From Chiloscyllium plagiosum (taxonomy: Eukaryota): a stretch of 64,000 nt of DNA. Below, in pieces: positions 52,819-64,000 of the stretch. The notes below the pieces were generated by a model. The model saw nothing but the letters and a program-made list of their open reading frames with translations. It made no database searches and had not been told where the DNA came from. How positions within the stretch are numbered: the stretch's first letter is position 1; the number at the start of each line of letters is the position of its first letter. The stretch lies in assembly GCF_004010195.1 (NCBI RefSeq), contig NC_057752.1, positions 9,309,323 through 9,373,322 on the forward strand. Reading direction: 5' to 3'. Position numbers and translations under genes: made by a program.

Positions 52819-55567
52819 ATGCCCTTCAGAGAAGGAAATCTGCCATCTTGATCTGGCTGACATGTTACTCCAAATTTGCAGCAATGTGGTTGACTCTTAA
52901 CTTCCCTCTGAAATGGCCAAGCAAACCACTCAGTTTCAATCACAAGGAAATCTCAACAAAGAAATGACACCAGACAGACCATCTGGCACCAGAAAAGACA
53001 ATGGCAGAAACAGCCCTGTCAACCCTACAAAGTCCTTCTTACTAACATCTGGGTGCTCGTACTAAAATTGGGACAGCTGTTTCATAAATCAGTCAAACAA
53101 CAGCCTGACATAATCATAATCACAGAATCATACCTTACAGATAATGTCCCAGACACCTCCATCACTATTCCAAGATGGGTCCTGTCCCACCAGCAAGACA
53201 GACCCAACAGAGGTGCTGGCCTGTGAGTCCTCAACATTGACTCTGGATCTCATGAAGTCTCATGGCATCCGATAAAGGAAATCTCCTGCTGATTACCATG
53301 TACAATCTTTCCTCAGCTGATGAATCGGTACTTCTCCATGTTGAACAACAGTGAGGGCGGCAAGAGCATGAAATGTACCCTGGGTGGGTGATCTCAATGT
53401 CCATCACCAAGAGTGGCTCAGCAGCAGCATTACTGATCAAACTGGTCAGGTCATAAAGGACAAAGCTGCTAGACTGGGTCTGCGGCAGGTGGTGAGGGAT
53501 CCAACAAGAGGGAGTAACATACTTGACCTCATCCTTGCCAATCTGCCCGCTGCAGATGTATCTGTCCATGACAGTATCGATAGGAGTGACCACTGCACAG
53601 TCCTTGTAGAGACGAAGTCCCGCCTTCACATTGAGAAAAACCTCCATCGTGTTGTGTGGCACTAACACCGTGCTCAATGGGACAGACTTCAAACAGATCT
53701 AGCAACTCAAGACTGGGCATCCATGAGGCACTGTGGGCCATCAGCAGCAGGAGAACTGTACTCCAGCACAATCTGTAACCTCATGGCCCGGCATATCCCC
53801 CACTCAACCATTACCATCAGGCCAGGGGATCAGCCCTGGTTCAATGGAGGGTGCAGGAGGGCATGCCAGGGCAGCACCAGGCATTCCTGAAAATGAGGTG
53901 TCAACCTGGTGAAGCCAACAAACAGGACTACTTGCACGCCAAACAGCAAAAGCAGCAAGTGATAGACAGAACTAAGCAATCCCAGAGGCAACAGGTCAGA
54001 TCTAACCTCTGCAGTCCTGCCACATCCAGTTCTGAAAGGTGGTGGACTATTAAACAACTCACTGGACAAAACAGCTAAATATCAGAGGTGAAGTGAAAGT
54101 GACAGCCCTCGATATAAAGGGTTCATTTGATTGAATTTTGCATCAAAACCTGGCACATAGGAAGATGGTCATGGTTGTTGGAGGTCAGTCATCTCAGCTC
54201 CAGGACATCTCTGCAGGAGTTCCTCAGGGTAGTCTCCGAGGCTCAACCATCTTCAGCTGCTTCATCGAGTACCATCCCGATAGCATAAGGTCAGAAGTGG
54301 AAATGTTTGCTGATGATTGCACAATGTTCAACATTATTTGCAACTCCTCAGATACTGAAGTCCATGTTCAAATGTAACAAGACCTGGACAATATCTAGAC
54401 TTTGGCTGAAAAGTGGCAAGTAATATTCACGCCACACAAATGCCAGGCAATGACCATCTCCAATAACGAGACAATCTAATCATTACCCCTTGATATTCAA
54501 TGGCATTACCATCACTGAATGTCCCACTATCAACATCCTGGAGGTTTCCATTGACCAGAAACTCAACTGGATGAACCATAGAAATACCATGGCTGCAACA
54601 GCAGATCAGAGGCTAGTAACACTGCAGCGAGCAACTCACCTCCTAAATTCCCAAATCCTGTCCACCATCTACAAGGCACAAGTGAGAAGTGCAATAGAAT
54701 AATCCCCACTTGACTAGATGGGTGCAGCTCCAACAACACTCAAGATATTTGACACCATCCAGGACAAAGCAGCCTACTTGTCTGGCACCACATCCTCATG
54801 CATTCACTGCCTCCACAACTGACACAGAGTAGCAGCATCCACGAAATACATTGCAGACATTTACCAATGCATTACACTGTCATAGAGGTGTACAGGAGAG
54901 AGAAAGGCCATGTGGGCAATGTCTGCACCAGGTCTGTTTATGCCAGTCAGAAACAAACACTTAACTATTCTAATCCCATTTTCCTGCACTTGTGTGTATA
55001 CATCGTCTTGTATGCCTTGGCATTGCAAGTGCATATCTGAATACGTATTCAATGTTATGAGGGTTTTGCCTCTCTCAGCCTAAGGGAAGTGAGTTCCAAA
55101 TTCCTGCTACCCTCTGGGTGAATAGTTTTCCTCACATCGCCTCTAAACCTTACCTGAAATCTATGCTCCCTCATCACTGATCCCTCCCCCAAGGGTATTT
55201 AATTGGGGGAGGGGAAATTATAATGCTATTAGACCAGAGCTGTGGAGTATAAGTTGGGAACAATTCATCTATGGGAAATGCACAACAGAAATGTGGAAGC
55301 TGTTAAAGGAGCACTTGTCGGGAGTGTGAGATAAACTTTGTCCCACTGAGACAGCCAAGGAATGATAAGGTGAAAGAGCTTTGGATGACAAGAGAAGGGA
55401 AGCTTCTTCTCAAGAGGCAGAATGAAGCTTACTTAAGGCCATGAGGAAGCAAGGATCTGGTACAGCTTTAGAGAATTACAGGGTAGCTACAAAAGAACTC
55501 AAAAAAGGACTGAGGAGAGCTAGGAAGGGGCATGAAAAAGCCTTTGTGGGAAGGATTAAGGAAAACC

Positions 55568-56594
55568 CAAAGTTAAAAATCACACAACACCATGTTATAG
55601 TCTAACAGGTTTATTTGGAAGCACTAGCTTTCAGAGCGCTGTTCCTTCATCAGGTGGTTGTGGAGAATAAGATTGTATGACACAGAATTTATAGCAAAAG
55701 TTTACAGTGTGATGTAACTGAAATTATATATTGAAAAATACCTGATTGTTTAAGTCTCTCATCTTTTAGAATGACCATGTTGGTTTCAGTTCTTTCATAT
55801 GTAAATCGCAAAACTTGTTTAAAAGTTACATTCTTAAGTGAACTTTAACAATTGGTGTCATATCGGCCCAGATAATGCATTGAAGGTGTGAGCTACCCTG
55901 TGAGGCTGTCTGTGCCACAATGGTCAGACTGATTCTAATCTTAAAAACGGATTTACAGAATCTTACATAGATTCATGCAGTTTTTGAGCAAAGTAAAATG
56001 TAATTCTGCAAGTACAAATTCATCCCACAAACATATATGTGTGTGTGTGTACATGTGGAAACCTCACCCCCCTCAAACACTCACGCATACAAGTTTGTGG
56101 GATGAATTTGTACTTGCAGAATTACATTTTACTTTGCTCAAAAACTGCATGAATCTATGTAAGATTCTGTAAATCCGTTTTTTAGATTAGAATCAGTCTG
56201 ACCATTGTGGCACAGACAGCCTCACAGGGTAGCTCACACCTTCAATACATTATCTGGGCCGACATGACACCAATTGTTAAAGTTCACTTTAGAATGTAAC
56301 TTTTAAAAAAGGTTCTGGGATTTACATATGAAAGAACTGAAACCAACATGGTCATTCTAAAAGATGAGAGACTTAACAAACAGTCCAGGTTTTTTTCAAG
56401 GTAGAATTTCAGTTGCATCACACTGTAAACTTTTGCTATAAATTCTGTGTCTTACAATCTTATTCTCCACAATGACCTGATGAAGGAGCAGTGCTCTGAA
56501 AGCTAGTGCTTCCAAATAAACCTGTTGGACTATAACCTGGTTTGTGAAATTTTTAACTTTGTACACCCCAGTCCAACACCAGTGTCTCCAAATC
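55568..56594. mobile_element. About 1-kb palindromic PLE-like insert with hammerhead motifs in both arms
   Basis: Arms about 55568-56032 and 56093-56561; CTGATGA-AGGAGCAGTGCTCT-GAAAGCTA at 56477-56505 and mirrored at 55625-55653; AGGAAAACC at 55559-55567 and 56595-56603. Confidence 0.8.
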
Positions 56595-57723
56595 AGGAAA
56601 ACCTTACAGAAGAAATAAGAAAATGATCAGAGAGAGGGTAGGGCTGATCGGAGATAGTGGAGGGAGCTTGTGCCTGGAGGCTGAAGAGGTGGGGGAGGCC
56701 CTAAATGAGTTTTTTGCTTCAGTATTCACTAGAGAGAGAGACCTTGTTGATAGTGAGAACACTGTGGACCAGGTTTATGGGCTTGAACAGGAAGTGGATG
56801 TGCTGCGAATTCTGGGAAGCATCAAGATAGATAAATCCCTAGGGCCAGACCAGATATATCCAAGGTAACTACGGGAAGCGAGGAATGAGACTGGTGTGCC
56901 TCTGGCAATGATCTTTGAGGATGCAGTACCGGATGATTGGAGGGAGGCGAATGTAGTTCCCCTGTTCAAGAAAGGGAATAGGGAAATCCCTGGGAATTAC
57001 AGATCAGTCAGTCTTACGTCTGTGGTAAGCAGGGCACTGGAAAAGATTCTGAGAGGTAGGATTTATGACTTTTTGGAAAAACATAGTTTGATTAAAGATA
57101 GTCAGCATGGCTTTGTGAGGGGCAGGTCATGCCTCACAAGCCTTATTGAGTTCTTTGAGGATCTGACGAGACAAGTTGATGAAGGTTGAGCGTGAATGTG
57201 GTGTATATGGATTCCAGTAAGGCATTTGATAAAGTTCCCCACAGTAGGCTCATTCAGAAAGTTAGGAGGTATGGGATACAGGGAAATCTGGCTGTCTGAA
57301 AACAGAATTGGCTGTCCGAAAGAAGACAGCGATTGGTAGTGGATGGAAGTGGAGGTCAGTGAGCAGTGGTGTCCTGCAGGAATCTGCTCTTGGGCCTCTG
57401 CTCTTTGTAGTTTTTATAACTGACTTGGATGAAGAAGTGGAAGGGTGGGTTAATAAGTTTGCCGATGACACAAAGGTTGGTGGTGTCGTAGATATTGTCA
57501 AGGGCTGTTGCAGGCTACAACAAGATATTGACAGGATGCAGAGCTGGGCTGAGAAGTGGCAGATGAAGTTCAACCTGGATAAATGCAAACTGATTCATTT
57601 TGGAAGGTAGAATTTGAATGCTAAATACAGGGTTAAAGACAGGATTCTTGGCCGTGCGGAGGAACAGCGGGATACTGGGGTCCATGTACATAGATCCCTC
57701 AAACTTGCCACCCAAGTTGATAG

Positions 57724-58546
57724 CTGAAAATGTGTTGCTGGAAAAGCGCAGCAGGTCAGGCAGCATCCAAGGAACAGGAGAATCGACGTTTCGGGCATAA
57801 GCCCTTCTTCAGGAATGAGGAAAGTGTGTCCAGCAAGCTAAGATAAAAGGTAGGGAGGAGGGACTTGGGGGAGGGGCGTTGGAAATNNNNNNNNNNNNNN
57901 NNNNNNNNNNNNNNNNNNNNNNNNNNNNNNNNNNNNNNNNNNNNNNNNNNNNNNNNNNNNNNNNNNNNNNNNNNNNNNNNNNNNNNNNNNNNNNNNNNNN
58001 NNNNNNNNNNNNNNNNNNNNNNNNNNNNNNNNNNNNNNNNNNNNNNNNNNNNNNNNNNNNNNNNNNNNNNNNNNNNNNNNNNNNNNNNNNNNNNNNNNNN
58101 NNNNNNNNNNNNNNNNNNNNNNNNNNNNNNNNNNNNNNNNNNNNNNNNNNNNNNNNNNNNNNNNNNNNNNNNNNNNNNNNNNNNNNNNNNNNNNNNNNNN
58201 NNNNNNNNNNNNNNNNNNNNNNNNNNNNNNNNNNNNNNNNNNNNNNNNNNNNNNNNNNNNNNNNNNNNNNNNNNNNNNNNNNNNNNNNNNNNNNNNNNNN
58301 NNNNNNNNNNNGCCTATCACCCTCACCTTGACCTCCTTCCACCTATCGCATTTCCAACGCCCCTCCCCCAAGTCCCTCCTCCCTACCTTTTATCTTAGCC
58401 TGTTGGACACACTTTCCTCATTCCTGAAAAAGGGCTTTTGCCCGAAACGTCGATTCTCCTGTTTCTTGGATGCTGCCTGACCTGCTGCGCTTTTCCAGCA
58501 ACACATTTTCAGCTCTGATCTCCAGCATCTGCAGACCTCACTTTCT
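57724..58546. mobile_element. Inverted-repeat PLE derivative with hammerhead motifs (57785-57812 minus, 58424-58451 plus), gap in centre
   Basis: 15-bp TSD CACCCAAGTTGATAG at 57709-57723 and 58547-58561; CR1 reading resumes across the insert. Confidence 0.9.
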
Positions 58547-59159
58547 CACCCAAGTTGATAGGGTTGTTAAGAAGGTGTATGGTGTTTTGGCTTTCATTAA
58601 CAGGAGGATTGAGTTTAAGAGCAGTGAGGTTTTGCTGCAGTTCTATAAAACCCTGGTTAGACCACACTTGGAATATTGTGTCCAGTTCTAGTTGCCTCAT
58701 TATAGGAAGGATATGGAGGGTGCAGAGGAGATTTACCAGGATGCTGCCTGGATTGGAGGGCATGTCTTATGAAGAGAGCTTGAGTGAGCTACGGCTTTTT
58801 ATACTGGAGAGAAGAAGGAAGAGAGATGAGATAGAGTAGATAGGCAGAGACTTTTCCCCAGGGCAGAAATGATTGTCACGAGGGGTCATAATTTTAAGGT
58901 GATTGGAGGAAGGTATAGGGGAGATGCCGTAGGTAGGTTCTTTATGCAGAGAGTGGTGGGTGTGTGGAATGCACTGCCAGCAGTGGTGGTAGTAGAGTCA
59001 GAGACATTAGAGACATTTAAGCGACTGCTGGACAAGCACATGGACGGCAGTAAATTGAGGGGTGAGTAGGTTAAGTTGATCTCTATCAAGATAAATGCTC
59101 GGCACAACATCGTGGGCTGAAGAACCTGTACTTTACTATATTGTTCTACTTTCTAAGTT

Positions 59160-60150
59160 TTATTCTAGATGTGGTTTAACCAACATTTTATACAATTCCA
59201 GCATCAGCTCCCTGCTCTTCAACTCTGTGCCTTGGCTAATAAAGGCAAATATACAATTTGCTTTCTTAACCACATTATCCAACTGTCCTGCTACCTTAAG
59301 GGAACTGGTGTTCATGCATACCAAGGTCCTTCTGATCCTCAATGCTTCCCAGGATCCTACCATTCATCATGTATTCCCTTACCTTGTTTGTACTATCAAG
59401 TAAGTCACCTCACACTTGAATTCCATTTGCCAATAACCAGCCCATCTATGTCCTCCTACAGTCTAAGGCTCTCCTCCTCATTATTTACGACCCCATCAAT
59501 TTTCGTATCATCCATGAACTTACTGATCCTGGTACATTCAAGTCTAAAATTATTTATATACAACACAAACAGAAAGGACCCCAACACTGACCCCTGCGGA
59601 AGCCCACTGAACACAAGCGTCCAGTCACAAATGCATCCCTTGACTATTACTCTCTGCTTCCTGCCACTCAGCTAATTCTGGATTCAAGTTACAGACTTTC
59701 CTTGGATCCCATGGGCACTAACCTTCACTATCAGTCTCCCGGGCAAGACCTTATCAAAAGCATTGCTGAACTCTAAGTAGACTACGTCAAATGCATTGCC
59801 CTTAGCTACAAACCTGGTTCCCTCTTCGTAAAGTTGGTCAGACACAATGCTCTGTTAGCAAAGCCATGCTGATTTTTCTTGATTAATCCTGGTGTCTCCA
59901 TGTGCAGATTAATTCTGTCCTTCAGAATTGCTTCCAATAGTTCCCCTACCACTGAGGTTAGAGAGATTAGTCTGTGGTTTCATGTTTTATCACTTACTCC
60001 CTTCTTGCATACTGGTACCACATTGGCTGTCCTCCTGTCCTCTGGCAACTCTCCTATGGCTAGACAGAAACTGAAAATTATTGCTAATGCCCTGTTATTT
60101 CCTTCCATGCCTCACTCAACAGCCGAGGATATATTTGATTCAGCCCTGAT
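59160..60150 (-). mobile_element. Old CR1-like LINE fragment
   Basis: KSRELMLELYKMLVKPHLE and QGSVLG motifs on minus. Confidence 0.75.
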
Positions 60151-60520
60151 GATTTGACAGCACCTTCCAAACCCATAACTTTGACCACCAGGAATGATTA
60201 GGGCAGCAAATACATAGGGGCACCACCACCTGCAAGTTCCCCTCCAAGCCACTCACCATGGAGACTTGGAAATATATCACCATTCCATCAGTGTCACAGC
60301 ATCAAAATCTCTTCCGAAAAGCATTCTGGGTGTATGTGCACTAAATGGACTGCAGAGGTTCAAGAAGGCAGCTTAGCACGACCTTCTCAAGGACAGTTAG
60401 GGACAGGCAATTACTGTTGGCCCAGTCAGGGACTCCCACATCCTGTGCATGAATAAAACCAAAGCCAAAGTGGTAGAATTAAATCTTTGATTTTGGCTGG
60501 TAGGAAAGTTAAATAACTGA

Positions 60521-60648
60521 GAGAAAGTGAGGACTGCAGATGCTGGAGTACCAGAGTTGAAAAATGTGGTGCTTATGCCTGAAACGTCGATTCTCCTGCT
60601 CCTCGGATGCTGCCTGGCCTGCTGTGTTTTTCCAGCACCACATTTTTC
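60521..60648. mobile_element. Short hairpin PLE derivative (hammerhead truncated)
   Basis: 15-bp TSD AAGTTAAATAACTGA at 60506-60520 and 60649-60663; GAAACGTCGA retained. Confidence 0.85.
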
Positions 60649-60663
60649 AAGTTAAATAACTGA

Positions 60664-63600
60664 TCAGAGGCCGCCATCCCAACCCCTATCACCATTTATA
60701 TGGAACTCAGATTCTATAAGGTCCAACTGGCTGACCTCATTACCATCACTACATTCCCGCCTCACCTCCCCCCGGTCCATGGACACAGGGCAGTCCACTT
60801 CCTTTGACAGCTTCCTTGAGCGTGTTAATACCAGGTCAGGTGCCTTCAACTCAGAATCCAACACAGGAAGCGTGTAACAAACAGGAGCTTGCATCTTGCG
60901 CCTGGAGCATTTTGGTAGATTTTCACTCCTCCTTTGGGAGGCAGACGTGTCGAGGTGGCTACTTCGCACCAACATCTTCACTTTGGATCAACCAGTATTT
61001 GGCGGCGACGTGTTCAGGACAATCACTCTCACTCCCCATAACAATATGACATCCTCTACCGTGAGCTGGTCTCTCTGGGTCCAAAAAGGTTTTGATTCTA
61101 GTTATGACAGCCCTTTGGTTTCCCCATTAATACCAGCTGTTTCAGTTTGGAAAGGACTGAATCTTTCGGTGTCCAAAGTCTGATATTGTCATTGTGACTG
61201 GGAGCGTGTCCAGAAAATTCAATGTCATGATCACCTCTTCCATTGGTGGTACCACCACTGGTGTACCTGCTAATGGACGGTGGCTCAATTCATTTGCATT
61301 CGTTACTCAGCCACCGGACAGTGCTCTAATTTGTAATTAGAAGCAATTAGTAAGAGCCCATGGCAGAATGTTGCCCGAAGCTATGGATGGCACTGCCTTG
61401 AGACCAAGTAGGGGCTTTGTGGTACGTGATTATCACAAATCTTTGCCCATAAAAAGTATTGGTGGAATATCCTAACTCCAAATATGACTGGCAATCCTAT
61501 CTGTATTACGGCATATTTATGCTCTGCATTATCCAAAGTCCTGGATTCATAAGCTATTGGGTGTTCCTCTCCAGTGGACCACCTATGAGCTAATATCACC
61601 CTGATGCCATATGGGGAGGTATCACATAGATCTTTCTTGGGACCATGGTGTGCCAACACATTAGAGGATGATAGTTGTTTCTTTACTTCATCGTAAGCCA
61701 AGGCTGTCTGTGCGACCATTTGCAACGCTGACCCTTTTTTGGGAGTTGATGCAATGGTATCAGGATGGATGCCATGTTGAGTATGAATTTTCTGTAAGAG
61801 TTTAGTCAGACCCAGAAATGACCTAAGCTCCTGGACAGACTTAGGAGCTTGGGCCCAGGCCTTCTACTACAATTACTGGGAACTAAACCAGCTGCCTTTC
61901 ATAAGAGGCCAGAACAGAGGTTGTACTCTTAATCTGCAAAGGTTCCCCGGTATAGGTTCTCTGGTATAGGTTCTCAGCTTAGCTAAAGTCTTGCATTAAC
62001 TTAAGGGCTGGAGCCAAGACTGAATTTTATTAAAAGCTGGTTCTACAATCACTGATACAGTCATGCTGGTATCAACCACCATTAGAACCAGATGACCATC
62101 TAACCAGGCGTTTATCTTGACTGGTTCTGATTTGGAAGTTGCTAAGCAAGTTAACTGTTACAAACCAGATGTGGGTGAAGTTTCCAGGGCTGAACTCTCT
62201 TGGACACCCTTCCTGATACTGGCATATGAGTTAACTCACTCTATTTAAGTCTAGTAGGGCTCTGTTGCTGTCCTGAATCCACATATTTTAATCACCCTCA
62301 TGATATCTTCCAATGGGTGTAACCCAGTCTTGTCGACACTGTAGCCTAAGTAGATCACTGGAGGGGGCCTGGAACACACAATTCTCCCTTCTAATGTGTA
62401 CGCCTGCCTCAGAAAAATGCCCTAGGACTAAATGTTCCTTACTGGCTTTCCCTGTTAACAGGACATCATCTAGGTAAATGACAACCTGAAGTAGACCTTG
62501 TAAAATGTTCTCCATCATCCACTGAAAAATTGAACAGACTGAAGATTCGACAAATGGTACAAGCTTTGAAGGGTATTAATTGTAGCATACGTCTGCGTAT
62601 CCTGGTCGATACACAATTGCAATTAAGCATGGCTCACATGCAGCTTTATGAAGCATAAATCTCCTGCCAGATTTGCATACAAATCCTTTATCCAAGGGAG
62701 TGGGTATTTATTGAAAATGATTTACTGTTTGTTTAAAGTCCCCACAAAAACTGACCCATTGGGCTTCAAAATCGGTATGATCGATGCTGCTCATTTCCGG
62801 AATTGGACTGGTTCGATGATTCCTTCACTTTCCAGCCTCCTGATTTCTGCTCCTACTTTTGCCAGTAAGGCAAACTGGCACTGGATGGGCCTTGCAGGAT
62901 TGCTTCCTGGTCAACTTTAGTTCTTCTGATCGTCCCCAGACCTTCCCGGAAAACTTTTGGGTATTTAATTAGGATTTCACTCAGGCAGGCATTTTCTAAT
63001 AAAAAAGTGTTGTTGGTGAATCGCTTGCAACCAATTTCACCCCATCAAGCTTGGGCCCAGGCCTTCTACTACAATTACTGGGAACTAAACCAGCTGCCTT
63101 TCATAAGAGGCCAGAACAGAGGTTGTACTCTTAATCTGCAAAGGTTCCCCGGTATAGGTTCTCTGGTATAGGTTCTCAGCTTAGCTAAAGTCTTGCATTA
63201 ACTTAAGGGCTGGAGCCAAGACTGAATTTTATTAAAAGCTGGTTCTACAATCACTGATACAGTCATGCTGGTATCAACCGCCATTAGAACCAGATGACCA
63301 TCTAACCAGGCGTTTATCTTGACTGGTTCTGATTTGGAAGTTGCTAAGCAAGTTAACTGTTACAAACCAGATGTGGGTGAAGTTTCCAGGGCTGAACTCT
63401 CTTGGACACCCTTCCTGATACTGGCATATGAGTTAACTCACTCTATTTAAGTCTAGTAGGGCTCTGTTGCTGTCCTGAATCCACATATTCACAACAATTA
63501 CATTGTCTCACCAGGCAGGATCCTGAAGAAAATTCTAACGTTTGGCTGAGACTTGGCCTTGTTTTATGGTTTCACTGTTGGCCAACCTAGAGTTACTCTT

Positions 63601-63900
63601 ACTTTCCTGAGTGAAACAATGCAGTTGCCTGCACTCAAGTGGTGTTCTCCAAGCTGGCAAACTGGCGAGGGAGTCCACTTCCATCGGAATACCTTGTGAC
63701 TCACGTGCTCCACTTGCCGCAATTTCCAACGAAAAAGCCAGTTGTAGTACCTTTTTGAAGTCCAGTTGAGCTTTAGCCATTAGGCATGTTTGCATAGTCA
63801 CATCATTAATCCCACATACTAAGCAGTCTCTCAGCATATCATTCAAGGGTTAGACCAAATTCACGGGTTTCTGCCAGTCGTCTTAACCTAGTCAAAAACC
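60664..63900 (-). mobile_element. Decayed Ty3/Gypsy LTR retrotransposon
   Basis: gag LRDCLVCGIND, protease MVVDT, RT VIYLDDVLLTG, RNase H CDTSPYGI...HPIAYESRTL; purine tract 60754-60773 followed by TGTAGT LTR start at 60753. Confidence 0.88.
61846..63489 (+). repeat. 442-bp near-identical direct duplication (61846-62287 and 63048-63489)
   Basis: Read side by side, one mismatch seen (CAACCACC vs CAACCGCC). Confidence 0.9.
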
Positions 63901-64000
63901 CTGACATGGATCCCACTCTCATCTCTCTTCAGAGGCCAACGTCCCATCAGCAATCAATCTTTATTCATAAGTGCATAGCCTTTGATCTGAGCATGGCCAT

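Larger units (their letters stand above)
40644..58311. other. Assembly gaps at 40644-41191, 42497-42725, 43888-44321, 46086-46447 and 57887-58311
   Basis: N runs, all in or beside young CR1 or PLE copies. Confidence 0.99.
55195..59150 (+). mobile_element. CR1-type LINE ORF2, interrupted by two PLE-derived inserts
   Basis: LNEFFASVFT, DWREANVVPLFKKG, PGNYRSVSLTS, GRSCLTSLIEF, NKFADDTK, LVRPHLEYCVQF. Confidence 0.92.
52070..60458 (+). mobile_element. Second LINE family (APE-RT, clade unassigned), internally deleted, in pieces 52070-52143, 52819-54865 and 60155-60458
   Basis: VKQQPDIIIITESYL, GDLNVHHQEWL, PTRGSNILDLIL, SDHCTVLV, GVPQGS, MFADDCT, TIYKAQVRS; 3' end resumes after nested CR1 inserts. 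Confidence 0.8.

Noticed and set aside
40430..58398. Long ORFs full of X
   Set aside because: Artefacts of translation through N gaps

Overview
Repeat-rich vertebrate genomic DNA with five N-gaps. The tRNA-derived HE1-like SINEs and CR1-type LINEs suggest a shark (inference). Two host genes converge tail-to-tail. On +, the last four coding exons of LIMA1/EPLIN (2613-8298). On -, the last five clear coding exons (34878-24986) of a SPAK/OSR1-family (STK39/OXSR1-like) kinase gene encoding an intact C-terminal CCT domain; the ORF track misses these exons, and no kinase-domain exon was found in the window. Its position next to LIMA1 mirrors the XIRP2-STK39-CERS6 paralogon and suggests a third ohnologue that is absent from the human LIMA1-CERS5 locus. 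The rest is transposon-derived: many Penelope-like elements and short hairpin derivatives with minimal hammerhead-ribozyme motifs and 14-15 bp target-site duplications (TSDs), CR1-like LINEs, a Rex1-like LINE, a second LINE family whose two ends match a SINE, a Harbinger two-gene fossil and a decayed Ty3/Gypsy element. A possible decayed minus-strand gene lies at about 16.2-19.1 kb. All family assignments rest on motif recognition by eye; no database search was run.
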